This document shows positions 18,442-28,291 of a stretch of 64,000 bases of DNA, in pieces. Source of the DNA: Alphaproteobacteria bacterium (GTDB lineage Bacteria > Pseudomonadota > Alphaproteobacteria > CALKHQ01). Positions within the stretch are counted from its first letter, which is position 1, and each line of letters opens with the position of its first letter. A program made the position numbers and the translations under genes. The notes below the pieces were generated by a model. The model was not told the DNA's origin and did no database searches. It saw only the letters and a program-made list of their open reading frames with translations. Location of the stretch: NCBI GenBank assembly GCA_965227515.1, contig CBDDFZ010000002.1:864001-928000 (forward strand), in the 5' to 3' direction.

Positions 18442-19871
18442 GACGCGGCTCCCTGGCTTTTTGGGGTCGAGCCGTCATCGCCGCGCCCTTGTGCGGGGCC
18501 GGGCGCGATGCCGGCGGTGCGGATCGGCGCGTCGGCGGCCTCGGCCGGCTCGTCCGGCTGCACCGGCCGGCGCATCATGCGCAGCAGATAGGTGGTGCCG
18601 GCGCCGAACACCAGCAGGTAGACGATGACGAACGCGATCAGGGAGCCCGCGACGCCAGGTGCTGCGATCGGCGAGATCGAGTCCTCGGTGCGCAACAGGC
18701 CATAGACGGTGTAGGGCTGCCGACCGACCTCGGTCACGATCCAGCCGGAGAGCACGGCGACGAAGCCTGACGGCCCCATCGCCACCATCCAGCGGTGGAA
18801 GCGGTGCGCGTCGAACAGGCGCCGGCGCCAGCGCAGCCACAGGCTGACAAAGCCGGTCAGCGCCATCAGGAAGCCAAGCCCCACCATCAACCGGAAGGCC
18901 CAGAACAGGATCAGCGCATTGGGCCGGTCCTCCGGCGCGAATTCCTTCAGGCCCGGCACCTTGCCGTCCCAACTATGGGTCAGGATCAGGCTGCCCAGAT
19001 GGGGGATGCCGACGGCATAGAGCGTTTCCTCCGCCTCCATGTCGGGCCAGCCGAACAGCAGCAGCGGCGCGCCTTCCTCCGGCTCGAAATGGCCCTCCAT
19101 CGCCGCGATCTTGGCCGGCTGGTGCTCCAGCGTGTTCAGCCCGTGCATGTCGCCGGCCACGATCTGGATGGGTGCTACGATGGCGGCCATCCACAGCGCC
19201 ATCGAGGCCATGGTGCGCGCCGCCTGGTCGGTCTTGTCCTTCAGCAGGTGCCAGGCGCCCACCGCGCCGACCACGAACGCGGTGGTCAGATAGGCCGCCA
19301 GCACCATGTGGACCAGGCGATAGGGGAACGAGGGGTTGAAGATGACGGCCAGCCAGTCGTCGGGCACGAACTGGCCGGCTTCGTTGAAGGCGTAGCCGGC
19401 CGGCGTTTGCATCCAGGAATTCACCGACAGGATCCAGAACGCCGAGAACAACGTACCGCCGGCCACCATCAGCGTGGCGAAGAAGTGCAGGCCCTTGCCG
19501 ACCCGCTTCATGCCGAACAGCATGATGCCGAGGAAGCCCGCCTCCAGGAAGAAGGCGGAGAGCACCTCGTAGCCCATCAGCGGGCCGAGCACAGGGCCGG
19601 TCAAGTCGGAGAACACCGACCAGTTGGTGCCGAACTGGTAGCTCATCACCACGCCGGACACGACGCCCATGGCGAACGCGACGGCGAAGATTTTCACCCA
19701 GTACTTGAACAGGCGCAGGTACACCTCGCGCCCCGTCGCCAGCCACAACCCCTCGAGCACGGCGAGGAAACTGGCCAGCCCGATGGAGAACGACGGGAAG
19801 ATGATGTGGAACGCGACCGTGAAGCCGAACTGGATGCGGGCGAGAAGCGTTGCATCGAGGTCCTCGAACAT
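18438..19871 (-). CDS. cydA: Cytochrome bd ubiquinol oxidase subunit I (short Q-loop)
   Basis: ARIQFGFTVAFHIIFP, FGTNWS, AFFLEAGF, QPAKIAAMEG, GWIVTEVGRQPY. Confidence 0.97.
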   Translation of the reverse strand: MFEDLDATLLARIQFGFTVAFHIIFPSFSIGLASFLAVLEGLWLATGREVYLRLFKYWVKIFAVAFAMGVVSGVVMSYQFGTNWSVFSDLTGPVLGPLMGYEVLSAFFLEAGFLGIMLFGMKRVGKGLHFFATLMVAGGTLFSAFWILSVNSWMQTPAGYAFNEAGQFVPDDWLAVIFNPSFPYRLVHMVLAAYLTTAFVVGAVGAWHLLKDKTDQAARTMASMALWMAAIVAPIQIVAGDMHGLNTLEHQPAKIAAMEGHFEPEEGAPLLLFGWPDMEAEETLYAVGIPHLGSLILTHSWDGKVPGLKEFAPEDRPNALILFWAFRLMVGLGFLMALTGFVSLWLRWRRRLFDAHRFHRWMVAMGPSGFVAVLSGWIVTEVGRQPYTVYGLLRTEDSISPIAAPGVAGSLIAFVIVYLLVFGAGTTYLLRMMRRPVQPDEPAEAADAPIRTAGIAPGPAQGRGDDGSTPKSQGAAS

Positions 19872-20051
19872 GGCAGCAGCATACACCTTCGGCCATAGGA
19901 TGCATCGCGCGCGGATGGTCGCGGCGGCGCCGGCTCGTTAGCGGGATTTGGCTCGCATCGCGTTGACAGCGGGGCGGCCTGCCCGCAATGCTGCCCTTGT
20001 TATCGTGTCTTATGACCCTCTGGATTTATCCAACGAATGGGTGGCGCAGCC

Positions 20052-20717
20052 ATGTCTGGTTCAGTCAAAGCATTCATATTTTTCGCACTTGTCGCGGGCG
20101 CTTGTCATGTGTGGGCGGCGCTCAGCATTTCCACTCTCACCAGCCAGATCGTCGAGAACGGCCTGTCCAGCATGTCGGCGAGCGATTTCGAGGATTTCGG
20201 CAGTCAGGGTACGCTGATATTCGTTCTCCAGCTTATCGCCTTCATCATCTCGGCCATCATGTTCTGGGTGGTGCTGTCGCGTGCGTTCAATGGCCTGAAG
20301 TCCATCAGTGAGATCGATCATACGGTGGCGTTCTGGCCGGTCGTCGTGCTCGGCATCATCCCGATCGTCAACCTGATCGCACCCTGGTTCTGGATCGCGC
20401 GCATCGACAGCGCGCTGAACCGCTATCCGGAGAGCGGCTGGCGCACCGGTTTCGCCTCGGTCGGATGGGTGGCTGTTCTGTTCGCGGCCTACTCCATCGC
20501 CGGCACCATCATTCAGATCAGAGCGAACGACCCCGGCTACACGGAAAGTGCGGTGACCGACACCTTCGTGTTTCTGCAGAGTGCCGCTTATGTCAGTCTC
20601 GCCCTGTTCCTGGCGAGTGCGGCGCTGACGTCGGTCTATCTGGCCAAGGTGGAGCGCGCCAGCGACGCCGCGGTCAGACTGGCCTATGAACGGGAACGCA
20701 CGGCGGCGGCGACGTGA
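20052..20717 (+). CDS. Membrane protein (DUF4328-like)
   Basis: About 5 hydrophobic segments and an IPIVNL.AP motif. Confidence 0.6.
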   Translation: MSGSVKAFIFFALVAGACHVWAALSISTLTSQIVENGLSSMSASDFEDFGSQGTLIFVLQLIAFIISAIMFWVVLSRAFNGLKSISEIDHTVAFWPVVVLGIIPIVNLIAPWFWIARIDSALNRYPESGWRTGFASVGWVAVLFAAYSIAGTIIQIRANDPGYTESAVTDTFVFLQSAAYVSLALFLASAALTSVYLAKVERASDAAVRLAYERERTAAAT

Positions 20718-20745
20718 TTCGAGGCTGAGTGGAAAAGGCTCTGGC

Positions 20746-21666
20746 GTGGGGGAAGCATCGACGGATGAACGGCGACAGCGGTTTGGCGTGCTAGCTGCGC
20801 TTCGGTTGACTGCGCTTCGGTTGACTGCACTCCGGGGGCGCGTCGCCGCATTGGTCGACAGCAGTGCCTTCCAGTGGGCGATCGTGGCGTTGATCGCGAC
20901 CAACGCGGTGACACTGGGGCTTGAGACCTCACCGCACGTGCGCGCGCAGATCGGCGGTCTCCTGAAGACGTTCGATCACCTCGTGCTGATCATTTTCTGC
21001 ATCGAGATCGGGCTGAAGCTGTTCGCGCATGGCCTGGGCTTCTTCCGCAACGGCTGGAACCTGTTCGATGCCGCGGTCGTCGGCTTCGCGCTGTTGCCGA
21101 CCCAGGGCGACCTCGCGATCCTGCGCGCCCTGCGCATATTGCGGGTGCTGCGCCTGATCTCGGTCGTGCCGCAGGTGCGCCGGGTGGTCGGCGCGCTGAT
21201 GACGTCGCTGCCCGGCATGGTCGGCATCATGCTGCTGCTGGCGCTGGTCTTCTACGTCTTCGCGGTCATTGCCACGACGCTGTTCGGCAAGGGCTTCCCG
21301 CAATGGTTCGGGTCCATCGGCGAGTCCATGTACTCGCTGTTCCAGATCATGACGCTGGAAAGCTGGTCGATGGGCATTGTGCGGCCGGTCATGGAGGCGA
21401 ACCCCAACGCCTGGCTGCTGTTCGTGCCGTTCATCCTGATCACCAGCTTTGCGGTGTTGAACCTGGTGATCGCGCTGATCGTCAATTCGATGAACGTGCT
21501 GCACGACGAGGAAGTGCGCGAGCGCGAGAAGGCGGAGCGGGCGACCCGGGTGTCCAACGAGCGCCTGCTGGAGGAAGTGGAGGCGTTGCGCGGCGAGCTG
21601 GCCGCGGTGCGCGCGGCGGTCGAGAAAGCGCCGCCGTCCGAAAGCCGGGCCGCTGGTCGCGGTTGA
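20746..21666 (+). CDS. Bacterial voltage-gated sodium channel (BacNav, ion transporter)
   Basis: S4 RALRILRVLRLIS, selectivity filter TLESWSM, C-terminal coiled coil; start position uncertain. Confidence 0.9.
   Translation: MGEASTDERRQRFGVLAALRLTALRLTALRGRVAALVDSSAFQWAIVALIATNAVTLGLETSPHVRAQIGGLLKTFDHLVLIIFCIEIGLKLFAHGLGFFRNGWNLFDAAVVGFALLPTQGDLAILRALRILRVLRLISVVPQVRRVVGALMTSLPGMVGIMLLLALVFYVFAVIATTLFGKGFPQWFGSIGESMYSLFQIMTLESWSMGIVRPVMEANPNAWLLFVPFILITSFAVLNLVIALIVNSMNVLHDEEVREREKAERATRVSNERLLEEVEALRGELAAVRAAVEKAPPSESRAAGRG
20795..20824 (+). repeat. 15-bp perfect tandem duplication
   Basis: CTGCGCTTCGGTTGA x2 plus a degenerate third unit; encodes ALRLT-ALRLT-ALR. Confidence 0.85.
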
Positions 21667-21756
21667 TGTGTTGCCGATAATACGTGGAGCGCTAGCCAAC
21701 AACGTGGTATTATTAACCGTGGGGGCGTCCTGACCTCGGAAAGGGCGGTGGCGACC

Positions 21757-22806
21757 ATGTTGTTGCCCAAGAATACTATCGTCCGGTCGGTGTTTTTTCT
21801 GACGGCGATCTTGTTTTTTAGCGCCTCTCAGCCCCTCCTGGCACAAGAAGAGGTGCGCCACTACGCCCTCGGCACCGCAACCACCGGCGGCACCTACTAC
21901 CCCGTCGGCGTTGCCATCCAGGCGCTTGTGGAAGCGCGCTTGACCCCTTCGCACAACATCGAGATCGAGGCCGTCTCCACCGGCGGTTCGGCAGCGAACA
22001 TCGGTCTGTTGCGCAATGGCGAGGTCTCATTCGCCATGGTGCAGGGGCTGTTCGCGCGCGAGGCCGCAGCCGGCGTCGGATTGCCCGCCGATCCGCGCGC
22101 CCAGGTCAGCCGGGCCGAACTGCGCTCGGTGACCATGCTCTGGCCCGACGTGATGCATGTCGTGGTGCGCTCATCGCGGTTGGCAGGCGGCACGATCGAC
22201 GACCTCGCCGCGTTTGGCGGTGCCGGAATTTCGCTTGGCGCCGGGCATTCCGGGTCCAGGGCGTCCAGCATGCTTGCCCTGGGCAATCTGGGGCTCGATC
22301 CGGCCGGCCTGAATATCGTCGACAGTGGCAGCTATGACGGCACGGTCACCGCGTTCGAGAGCGGCGATATCGACGGCATGGTGATGTTCGGCGGCGTGCC
22401 GATCTCCGCCTTGGCCCGGCTTGCCGCATTGCACGGCGACGAGGTGGCGTTCCTGACCGTGTCCGACGGTGCGGTCCTGGCCGTGAACGGCGATCTGGAC
22501 GACTTGTGGCTGGCCCACATCATTCCTGGGGGTGCCTATGCCGGCCAGACCGAGGACGTGGCGACATTGGCGGAGCCGAACAGCTTGCTGGCGCGCGGAG
22601 ACGTGCCGGCGGACGATGTTTACGCGATCCTGAAGACGATGTTTGAGAACATGGATTTCCTGGCCAGCATGCATCCAGCGGTGCGGGCGATCAGCCTGGA
22701 GACCGCGTTGGCGGGCATGACGTTCCCCCTGCACCCCGGTGCGCTGCGGTTCTTCGAGGAAGCGGGCATCGCCATACCGGACGACCTCAGGCCGCCCGGC
22801 CAATAG
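21757..22806 (+). CDS. TAXI-family TRAP solute-binding protein
   Basis: GTATTGGTYYPVG, STGGSAANI.LL, PLHPGA.RFF.EAG. Confidence 0.92.
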   Translation: MLLPKNTIVRSVFFLTAILFFSASQPLLAQEEVRHYALGTATTGGTYYPVGVAIQALVEARLTPSHNIEIEAVSTGGSAANIGLLRNGEVSFAMVQGLFAREAAAGVGLPADPRAQVSRAELRSVTMLWPDVMHVVVRSSRLAGGTIDDLAAFGGAGISLGAGHSGSRASSMLALGNLGLDPAGLNIVDSGSYDGTVTAFESGDIDGMVMFGGVPISALARLAALHGDEVAFLTVSDGAVLAVNGDLDDLWLAHIIPGGAYAGQTEDVATLAEPNSLLARGDVPADDVYAILKTMFENMDFLASMHPAVRAISLETALAGMTFPLHPGALRFFEEAGIAIPDDLRPPGQ

Positions 22807-22830
22807 GCCACCAAGGCATCTGCGTGAGGC

Positions 22831-23508
22831 CTATCGATGCCGCCAGGCGCCGAGCTCATTGATAGACAGGATCGGCGTGTAGTGCGCAATGCGGCTGGCC
22901 GACACCACGCCCGAGATCTGGTTGTCCAGGATCAACACGTCGTTGGCGGTATTGATGGCAAGAACGGCGTGCTGGACCCCCAAATTATGGTCCATCACCA
23001 CGACGATGCGCATGATGTTCGCCGGCAGGCCGAGGCCGCGCAGCGTGTAGTACTTCACGATCGCATAGTCCTCGCAATCGCCATCCACATCGTAGAATTG
23101 CAACGGCGTGGCCCAATAGTCCTCGACTTGCCAGTTGCTGGGGTCGGAAACGTAGCGGAAGTCGTTGAAGTGGCGGTTGACCAGTTCGATCTGCGCACCA
23201 GGGGCCATGCCCTCGGCGTCGCGCATCATCTGCGCCCACGACGCAACGTACTGGCAAAAGCCGCTGGGCGCCGACGACGCGCACGCGCTGGTCATGCTTT
23301 GGTACTGATTGGTGTAGCGCTGCACCATCTCGGCGAACTGCGGAAACATCGATGGGCCCGGCAGCCGAAACGCGTTGCCGTCGAACAGGCTCAGCGCATG
23401 GGCCGGGGCTGGGGCCAGGGCGCTTCCGCCGATGATGGCTGCGACCGCCACAAAGGCGATGCGACGTCCCAAACCAAGCCCGTGCCTGTCTTTCACGCGT
23501 CCGAACAT
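22831..23508 (-). CDS. Transglutaminase-like cysteine peptidase (BTLCP / LapG-like, C93)
   Basis: Signal peptide, DYWATP, GDCEDYAIVKY, HAVL, LDN; AAGGAGG RBS before ATG 23508. Confidence 0.92.
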   Translation of the reverse strand: MFGRVKDRHGLGLGRRIAFVAVAAIIGGSALAPAPAHALSLFDGNAFRLPGPSMFPQFAEMVQRYTNQYQSMTSACASSAPSGFCQYVASWAQMMRDAEGMAPGAQIELVNRHFNDFRYVSDPSNWQVEDYWATPLQFYDVDGDCEDYAIVKYYTLRGLGLPANIMRIVVVMDHNLGVQHAVLAINTANDVLILDNQISGVVSASRIAHYTPILSINELGAWRHR

Positions 23509-23510
23509 GC

Positions 23511-24707
23511 TCACCTCCTTGTGCCTCCCGGTCGCGGCCCAGCCAGTATCATGACGGCCGCGGCCGCCGCCAGACCAAGCGCCATGACGGGTATCAACAT
23601 CAGATAAAGATTCGTTTCGTGCCGCGTGGCCTCGGCCAGCGCCTGTGCCACGGACAGAGACGCCACAATCGTGACCGGTGCGTCCTCGAAAGGGGCATTG
23701 GCCGTGATGACTGGCACGCCGCCGATGCCCTCGCTCAGACCGGCGCCGTTCGGCGCCTCGAACGCACGCACCCAGGCGGCAATCAATGCCTCGCCGCTCT
23801 CGTCCGCGACGGCCAGTTCGTACGATCCGTCGGTCCCGATCTGAGACAGGGCGACGACCCCGCCATTGCGCTCGCGAATGGCGGCGGTCTGGACCTGATT
23901 GTAGTCGGTCGTGTCCCGGGTCAGGCTGGACAGGTCGTAGATCTCGTAGAGCAGGCGCAATCCCACGATCCATCCCAGTTGGGTCTCTGCGGTCCGATCT
24001 TCCAGGAAAGCATGGGCCGGCAACAGGGTCAGATGCACCGGCGCACCGTTCGGCGAGTCGAAATCCAGCGACACGTGCCGCTCGCCCCGCTGCGCTGTCT
24101 GGATATATGTGCGGATGTCGAACGTCAGCGGCGGGAAGTCCTCGGTCGCCACCAGCGTGTCGCCCACCAGGTTGACGAGCGCCAGCCCCTCGAAGGCGAA
24201 GGCACCGAGGATCTCGGCCGTGTTGTCGACCGGCTCGGTGTCGGCCGGTCCGTCCGCATCCTGCCCTGACGCGATCGGCAGGTTCGCACCCACATCGGGG
24301 CGCGCATCGCCGACCTGGTAGCCGTGGTCGTAGGCCACGACGGCCATGTGATTGCGGATGTAGTCGAGTTGGTCCTCGCCATCCATGATCAGTGCAAGGT
24401 TTCCGTTCTGCGCGCGATACTCGCTGAGGAACAACGCAATGGTCGGGCTCTCGGCGACGCCGACCAGTGCTGCGTGGTCGTCGGCGCCTTGCGCCTGCAA
24501 CTCGTCGCGCAGCGTGGAGGCGAGGTCGAGCAACCGCCGCTCCCAGTCCGCCTGGTCGCTGGCCCGCATATCTTCGGCCTGGCCTTGGATCATCAGGTAT
24601 CCCGCCAGCACGGCGGCAAGTGTGAGGGCCAAGACGGCAGCAAACGCCGCCCACGGTCGCCCACTGCGGGTTCCGCCTTCCGATTGGCTGTCAGTCTCAC
24701 TGCGCAT
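23511..24707 (-). CDS. Two-TM membrane protein with a large periplasmic (Cache-like) domain and no cytoplasmic output
   Basis: N-terminal TM, ~330-aa acidic extracytoplasmic region, C-terminal TM with a ~10-aa tail; stop 2 nt before the peptidase start. Confidence 0.7.
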   Translation of the reverse strand: MRSETDSQSEGGTRSGRPWAAFAAVLALTLAAVLAGYLMIQGQAEDMRASDQADWERRLLDLASTLRDELQAQGADDHAALVGVAESPTIALFLSEYRAQNGNLALIMDGEDQLDYIRNHMAVVAYDHGYQVGDARPDVGANLPIASGQDADGPADTEPVDNTAEILGAFAFEGLALVNLVGDTLVATEDFPPLTFDIRTYIQTAQRGERHVSLDFDSPNGAPVHLTLLPAHAFLEDRTAETQLGWIVGLRLLYEIYDLSSLTRDTTDYNQVQTAAIRERNGGVVALSQIGTDGSYELAVADESGEALIAAWVRAFEAPNGAGLSEGIGGVPVITANAPFEDAPVTIVASLSVAQALAEATRHETNLYLMLIPVMALGLAAAAAVMILAGPRPGGTRR

Positions 24708-24974
24708 ATGGGCGGCCCAGTCGCACTGCCCGCGAGCCACACTGCCCGCAAGCCATAATGCCCGCGAGCCGGTACCCCGACACATCTGTCGCTTCGGCTA
24801 ACCCTTCTTCGCGGGGGCTAGGGAACAATTGCGGTCGGCCGGACGCGGAAATCGTGACACGTGCGCGGCCGGCGGCGCAACTGGTTTGCTCCGCCATTCG
24901 CGAATTCGTGCACTCCGCGACCACTCATGGTGGCATCGTGCGACGACAGTCAGTCACCTGCCAGGGACGGCTGC

Positions 24975-26411
24975 TCAGCCGGCGCGCGACGACGGCACGC
25001 CATAGAGCCAGTCCGGCAGGGTCAAAGAGATCTCCGGCACGAACGTGATCAGGATCAGGAACAGGAACAACAGCCCGGTCCAGGGCAGTGCCGCCTTCAT
25101 CACGCTCAAAATGTCCATGCCAGTAATCGACGACGTCACGAACAGGTTCAGGCCCACCGGCGGCGTGATCATGCCGATTTCCATGTTCACGACCATGATG
25201 ATGCCGAGGTGGATCGGGTCGATGCCCAGTGCGATGGCGATGGGGTGGGCAATCGGGGCGACGATCAGCAGAAGCCCGCTCGGCTCCATGAACTGGCCGC
25301 CGACCAGGAGCAGGATGTTGATCAGGATCAGGAACGACCACGCCGCCAGTTCCGCATCCTGCACGATCGCCAGCAGCTCCTGCGGCAGGCGTTGCTCGGT
25401 CAGCGCGTGGCTGAAGATCAGCGCGTTGAAGATGACGAACATCAGCATGATCGCCATCTTGGCCGCGTCCAGCAGGACCTGCCGGGTTTGGGCATGGAAG
25501 AAGTTGGGGACCAGGAACACCACGCTCTTCCACAGATTGCGACCGATGGCCGCCTCGACCGTCTCGCCCTCGCGGCGCCACGGCTCGTCGCGCAGGAAGC
25601 CGATGCCGCGGTAGATCAGGGTCGCGGTGATGAAACCGTAGACCGCTGCAACCGCCGCCGCCTCGGTCGGCGTGAACTCGCCGGTATAGATGCCAACCAG
25701 GATGATCAGGATCAGCAGCAGGCCGAAGAATGCGTGGTAGCCATCGCGGACCATCCGTCCCCAGCCGGCCCAGTCGCGCGACACGATCTTGCGGGCGCCG
25801 ACCGCGAACCAGATCCCCATGATCAGGATCAGCCCCGCCAACAGCCCGGGCACGATGCCGGCCATGAACATGCGGCCGACGGATTCGTTGGTCGCCGCCG
25901 CGTACACCACCATCACGATCGAGGGTGGGATCAGGATGCCGAGCGTGCCGGCTGTGGAAATGACGCCGGCCGCGAACGGCAACGGATAGTTGGCGCTCCG
26001 CATGCCGCGGATGGCGATCGGCCCGATGGCCGCCACCGTCGCCGGCGACGAGCCGGACAGGGCCGCGAACAGCATGCACGAGAACACGCCGGCATTGGCC
26101 ATGCCGCCGCGCAGGTGCCCGACCGCACTGACCGCGAAGCGGACGATCCGCTCAGCGGCACCTCCCGTGGACAGGAACGCGGACGACAGGATGAAGAACG
26201 GGATCGCGGTCAGCAGGAACTTCGCGTTCATCGCGCCGACCGCCGCGATGGCGAGGCTGGAGGCCTTGCCGGTGTCGATCAGCGTGATGACGACGGCGGG
26301 TAGCGCCAGTGCGACGCCGATCGGCACCCGCAGCGCCAGGAAAAGGAAGACGAGGCCGAGCAGAATCCAGCCGACATGGGGCTGGAGCGCTTCTTGGATG
26401 GCCTCGAACAT
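24975..26411 (-). CDS. dctM: TRAP transporter large permease
   Basis: LTAIPFFIL, LSGSSPAT, GTLGILIPPSI, FTPTEAAA, IGMITPPVGLNLFV. Confidence 0.95.
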   Translation of the reverse strand: MFEAIQEALQPHVGWILLGLVFLFLALRVPIGVALALPAVVITLIDTGKASSLAIAAVGAMNAKFLLTAIPFFILSSAFLSTGGAAERIVRFAVSAVGHLRGGMANAGVFSCMLFAALSGSSPATVAAIGPIAIRGMRSANYPLPFAAGVISTAGTLGILIPPSIVMVVYAAATNESVGRMFMAGIVPGLLAGLILIMGIWFAVGARKIVSRDWAGWGRMVRDGYHAFFGLLLILIILVGIYTGEFTPTEAAAVAAVYGFITATLIYRGIGFLRDEPWRREGETVEAAIGRNLWKSVVFLVPNFFHAQTRQVLLDAAKMAIMLMFVIFNALIFSHALTEQRLPQELLAIVQDAELAAWSFLILINILLLVGGQFMEPSGLLLIVAPIAHPIAIALGIDPIHLGIIMVVNMEIGMITPPVGLNLFVTSSITGMDILSVMKAALPWTGLLFLFLILITFVPEISLTLPDWLYGVPSSRAG

Positions 26412-26417
26412 CGCCGC

Positions 26418-27053
26418 TCAGCGCCCCTGGCCGTCTTGCGGGGCGCGCGGGGAATCCAGGGCGGAAGCGTTGGTGAGGTCGGCCTCGACGACATCCTCCT
26501 CGGCTTCATGGCTCGCCGTAATGGCTTGGCGCTTGCCGCGGATGATCGCGATCATCGCCACGAACACGGTCACCGTGAAATAGGCGTAGCACAGCGTCAT
26601 GAAGCTGTAGGTGAACCAGTGCGGGATATCGAGTTCCTCGGTGCCCACGGTCAGCAGGAACTCGCTCGATGTGAACCGCAGCACGATCTCGATGCCGACC
26701 CAGACGAAGGCGAGGCCGTAGATCAGCGTGATGACCACGCCAATCAGCGTCAGCCCCTTCTTTGTGCGCGGCTGAAACAGGTTGACGAAGACGTCGATGC
26801 CGATGTGCAGGCCCTTGCGCAGCACATAGGCCATGCCGAACATGATCAGGTAGAGGAAGACGTTGAGCGTCAGCTCCAACGCCCAGCCGAAACTGGCGGC
26901 GAAGAATTCGCGCGCGATGTAATTGACGAACGCGATCATCGTCATCGCCAGCAGCAGATAGGCGATGAGCGTTTCCTCGAACCAAGTCAGCACACGACCC
27001 AGCCGCGCCAGTCCGCTGCCGCCCGCTTGGGCCGGGGTGTCAGGGCTCATCAT
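26418..27053 (-). CDS. dctQ: TRAP transporter small permease
   Basis: Four TMs, WALEL, G.HIGID; lies between dctP and dctM. Confidence 0.92.
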   Translation of the reverse strand: MMSPDTPAQAGGSGLARLGRVLTWFEETLIAYLLLAMTMIAFVNYIAREFFAASFGWALELTLNVFLYLIMFGMAYVLRKGLHIGIDVFVNLFQPRTKKGLTLIGVVITLIYGLAFVWVGIEIVLRFTSSEFLLTVGTEELDIPHWFTYSFMTLCYAYFTVTVFVAMIAIIRGKRQAITASHEAEEDVVEADLTNASALDSPRAPQDGQGR

Positions 27054-27135
27054 GTCGGGATCGCCGGATCAGGCGATGGCGGAGGCGTCGTCCGACCCGC
27101 GGCCGGACGGACGCCCCCGAGATTTCAGTGCCTGA

Positions 27136-28125
27136 TCAACTGCCGCTGGACGCGGCGGCCTCGATAAGGTCCGCGCCGATCTGGTCGGTGAACTGATCCC
27201 ACACCGGCTTCATGGCATCGATCCAGGCCTGGCGCTGCTCGCTGGTGAGCTGGCGGATCTCGGTACGCTCGGCCACGATGGCATCGCGGGCATCCTGGTT
27301 GATCTGCTCGGCCTCGCCGTTCTTCTGCGCGGTCACTTCGGTCAGGATGCGCTCCAGGTCCGCGCGGATGTCGTCCGGCAGGCCGTCCCAGAACTCGACC
27401 GAGGTCACCACCATATAGTCGATGACGCCGTGGTTGGTCTCGGTGATGCCGTCCTGCACCTCATAGAACTTCTGGGTGTAGATGTTGGCCCAGGTGTTCT
27501 CCTGGCCGTCGACAACGCCGGTCTGCAGGGCGCCGTAGACCTCGGAGAACGCCATCTTCTGCGGCGAGGCGCCAAGCGCGTTGAACTGCGCTTCCAGCAC
27601 GTCCGACGTCTGGATGCGGAACTTCAGCCCCTCGGCATCGGTCGGCAGCAGCAGCGGCACGTTGGCCGACATCTGCTTCATGCCATTGTGCCAGAAGGTC
27701 AGGCCATAGAGCCCGTTCTCGTTCATCGCGTTCAGCAGTTCCTGGCCCGCGTCCGACTGCTGGAAGGCGTCGACGGCGGACAGGTCGGCGAACAGGAACG
27801 GCAGGTCGAAGATGCGGTATTGCAGCGTGAACTGCTCGAACTTCGACAGCGAGGGCGCGGCCATCTCGACATCGCCCAGCAACAGCGCTTCCAGCACCTG
27901 GTCGTCGTTGTAGAGCTGCGAGTTCGGGAACACCTCGACCCGGACCTCGCCGGCCAGCTCCTCATTCACCCGCTGGGCGAACAGGGCCGCGGCCTCACCC
28001 TTCGGGTGCCCGGACTCGGACACGACATGGGCGAAGCGGATGACGATTTCCGCGCTGGCGGTGCTGATGGTGGCGCCACCGGCCATGGCGAGCGCGATGG
28101 CCGAAACGGCAATTTTCCGTAGCAT
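27136..28125 (-). CDS. dctP: TRAP C4-dicarboxylate-binding protein
   Basis: IRFAHVV...HPKG, APSLSKF, GLKFRIQ.S, FSEVYGALQTGVVDGQEN. Confidence 0.95.
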   Translation of the reverse strand: MLRKIAVSAIALAMAGGATISTASAEIVIRFAHVVSESGHPKGEAAALFAQRVNEELAGEVRVEVFPNSQLYNDDQVLEALLLGDVEMAAPSLSKFEQFTLQYRIFDLPFLFADLSAVDAFQQSDAGQELLNAMNENGLYGLTFWHNGMKQMSANVPLLLPTDAEGLKFRIQTSDVLEAQFNALGASPQKMAFSEVYGALQTGVVDGQENTWANIYTQKFYEVQDGITETNHGVIDYMVVTSVEFWDGLPDDIRADLERILTEVTAQKNGEAEQINQDARDAIVAERTEIRQLTSEQRQAWIDAMKPVWDQFTDQIGADLIEAAASSGS

Positions 28126-28237
28126 TGAATCCTCCCAAGAACTTTTGATTGCGGGAAGATTAGGGGAATTCGCTGCCGAAGGGAACTGCCGGTATCACGT
28201 TTGTCATCAAGCGGTTGCAACACGGCGCGGCGCAACG

Positions 28238-28268
28238 AAAAACCCCGGAGCCGAGGCCCCGGGGTTTC
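28238..28268 (-). terminator. Rho-independent terminator after yccA
   Basis: AAACCCCGG...CCGGGGTTT stem with a T-run on the minus strand. Confidence 0.7.
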
Positions 28269-28291
28269 GTCATTCAGCGACAGGCGCCGGC

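Noticed and set aside
23509-24654. N-terminal extension making the BTLCP ORF 607 aa
   Set aside because: It overlaps the real membrane-protein gene in another frame; the strong RBS and signal peptide support the start at 23508.
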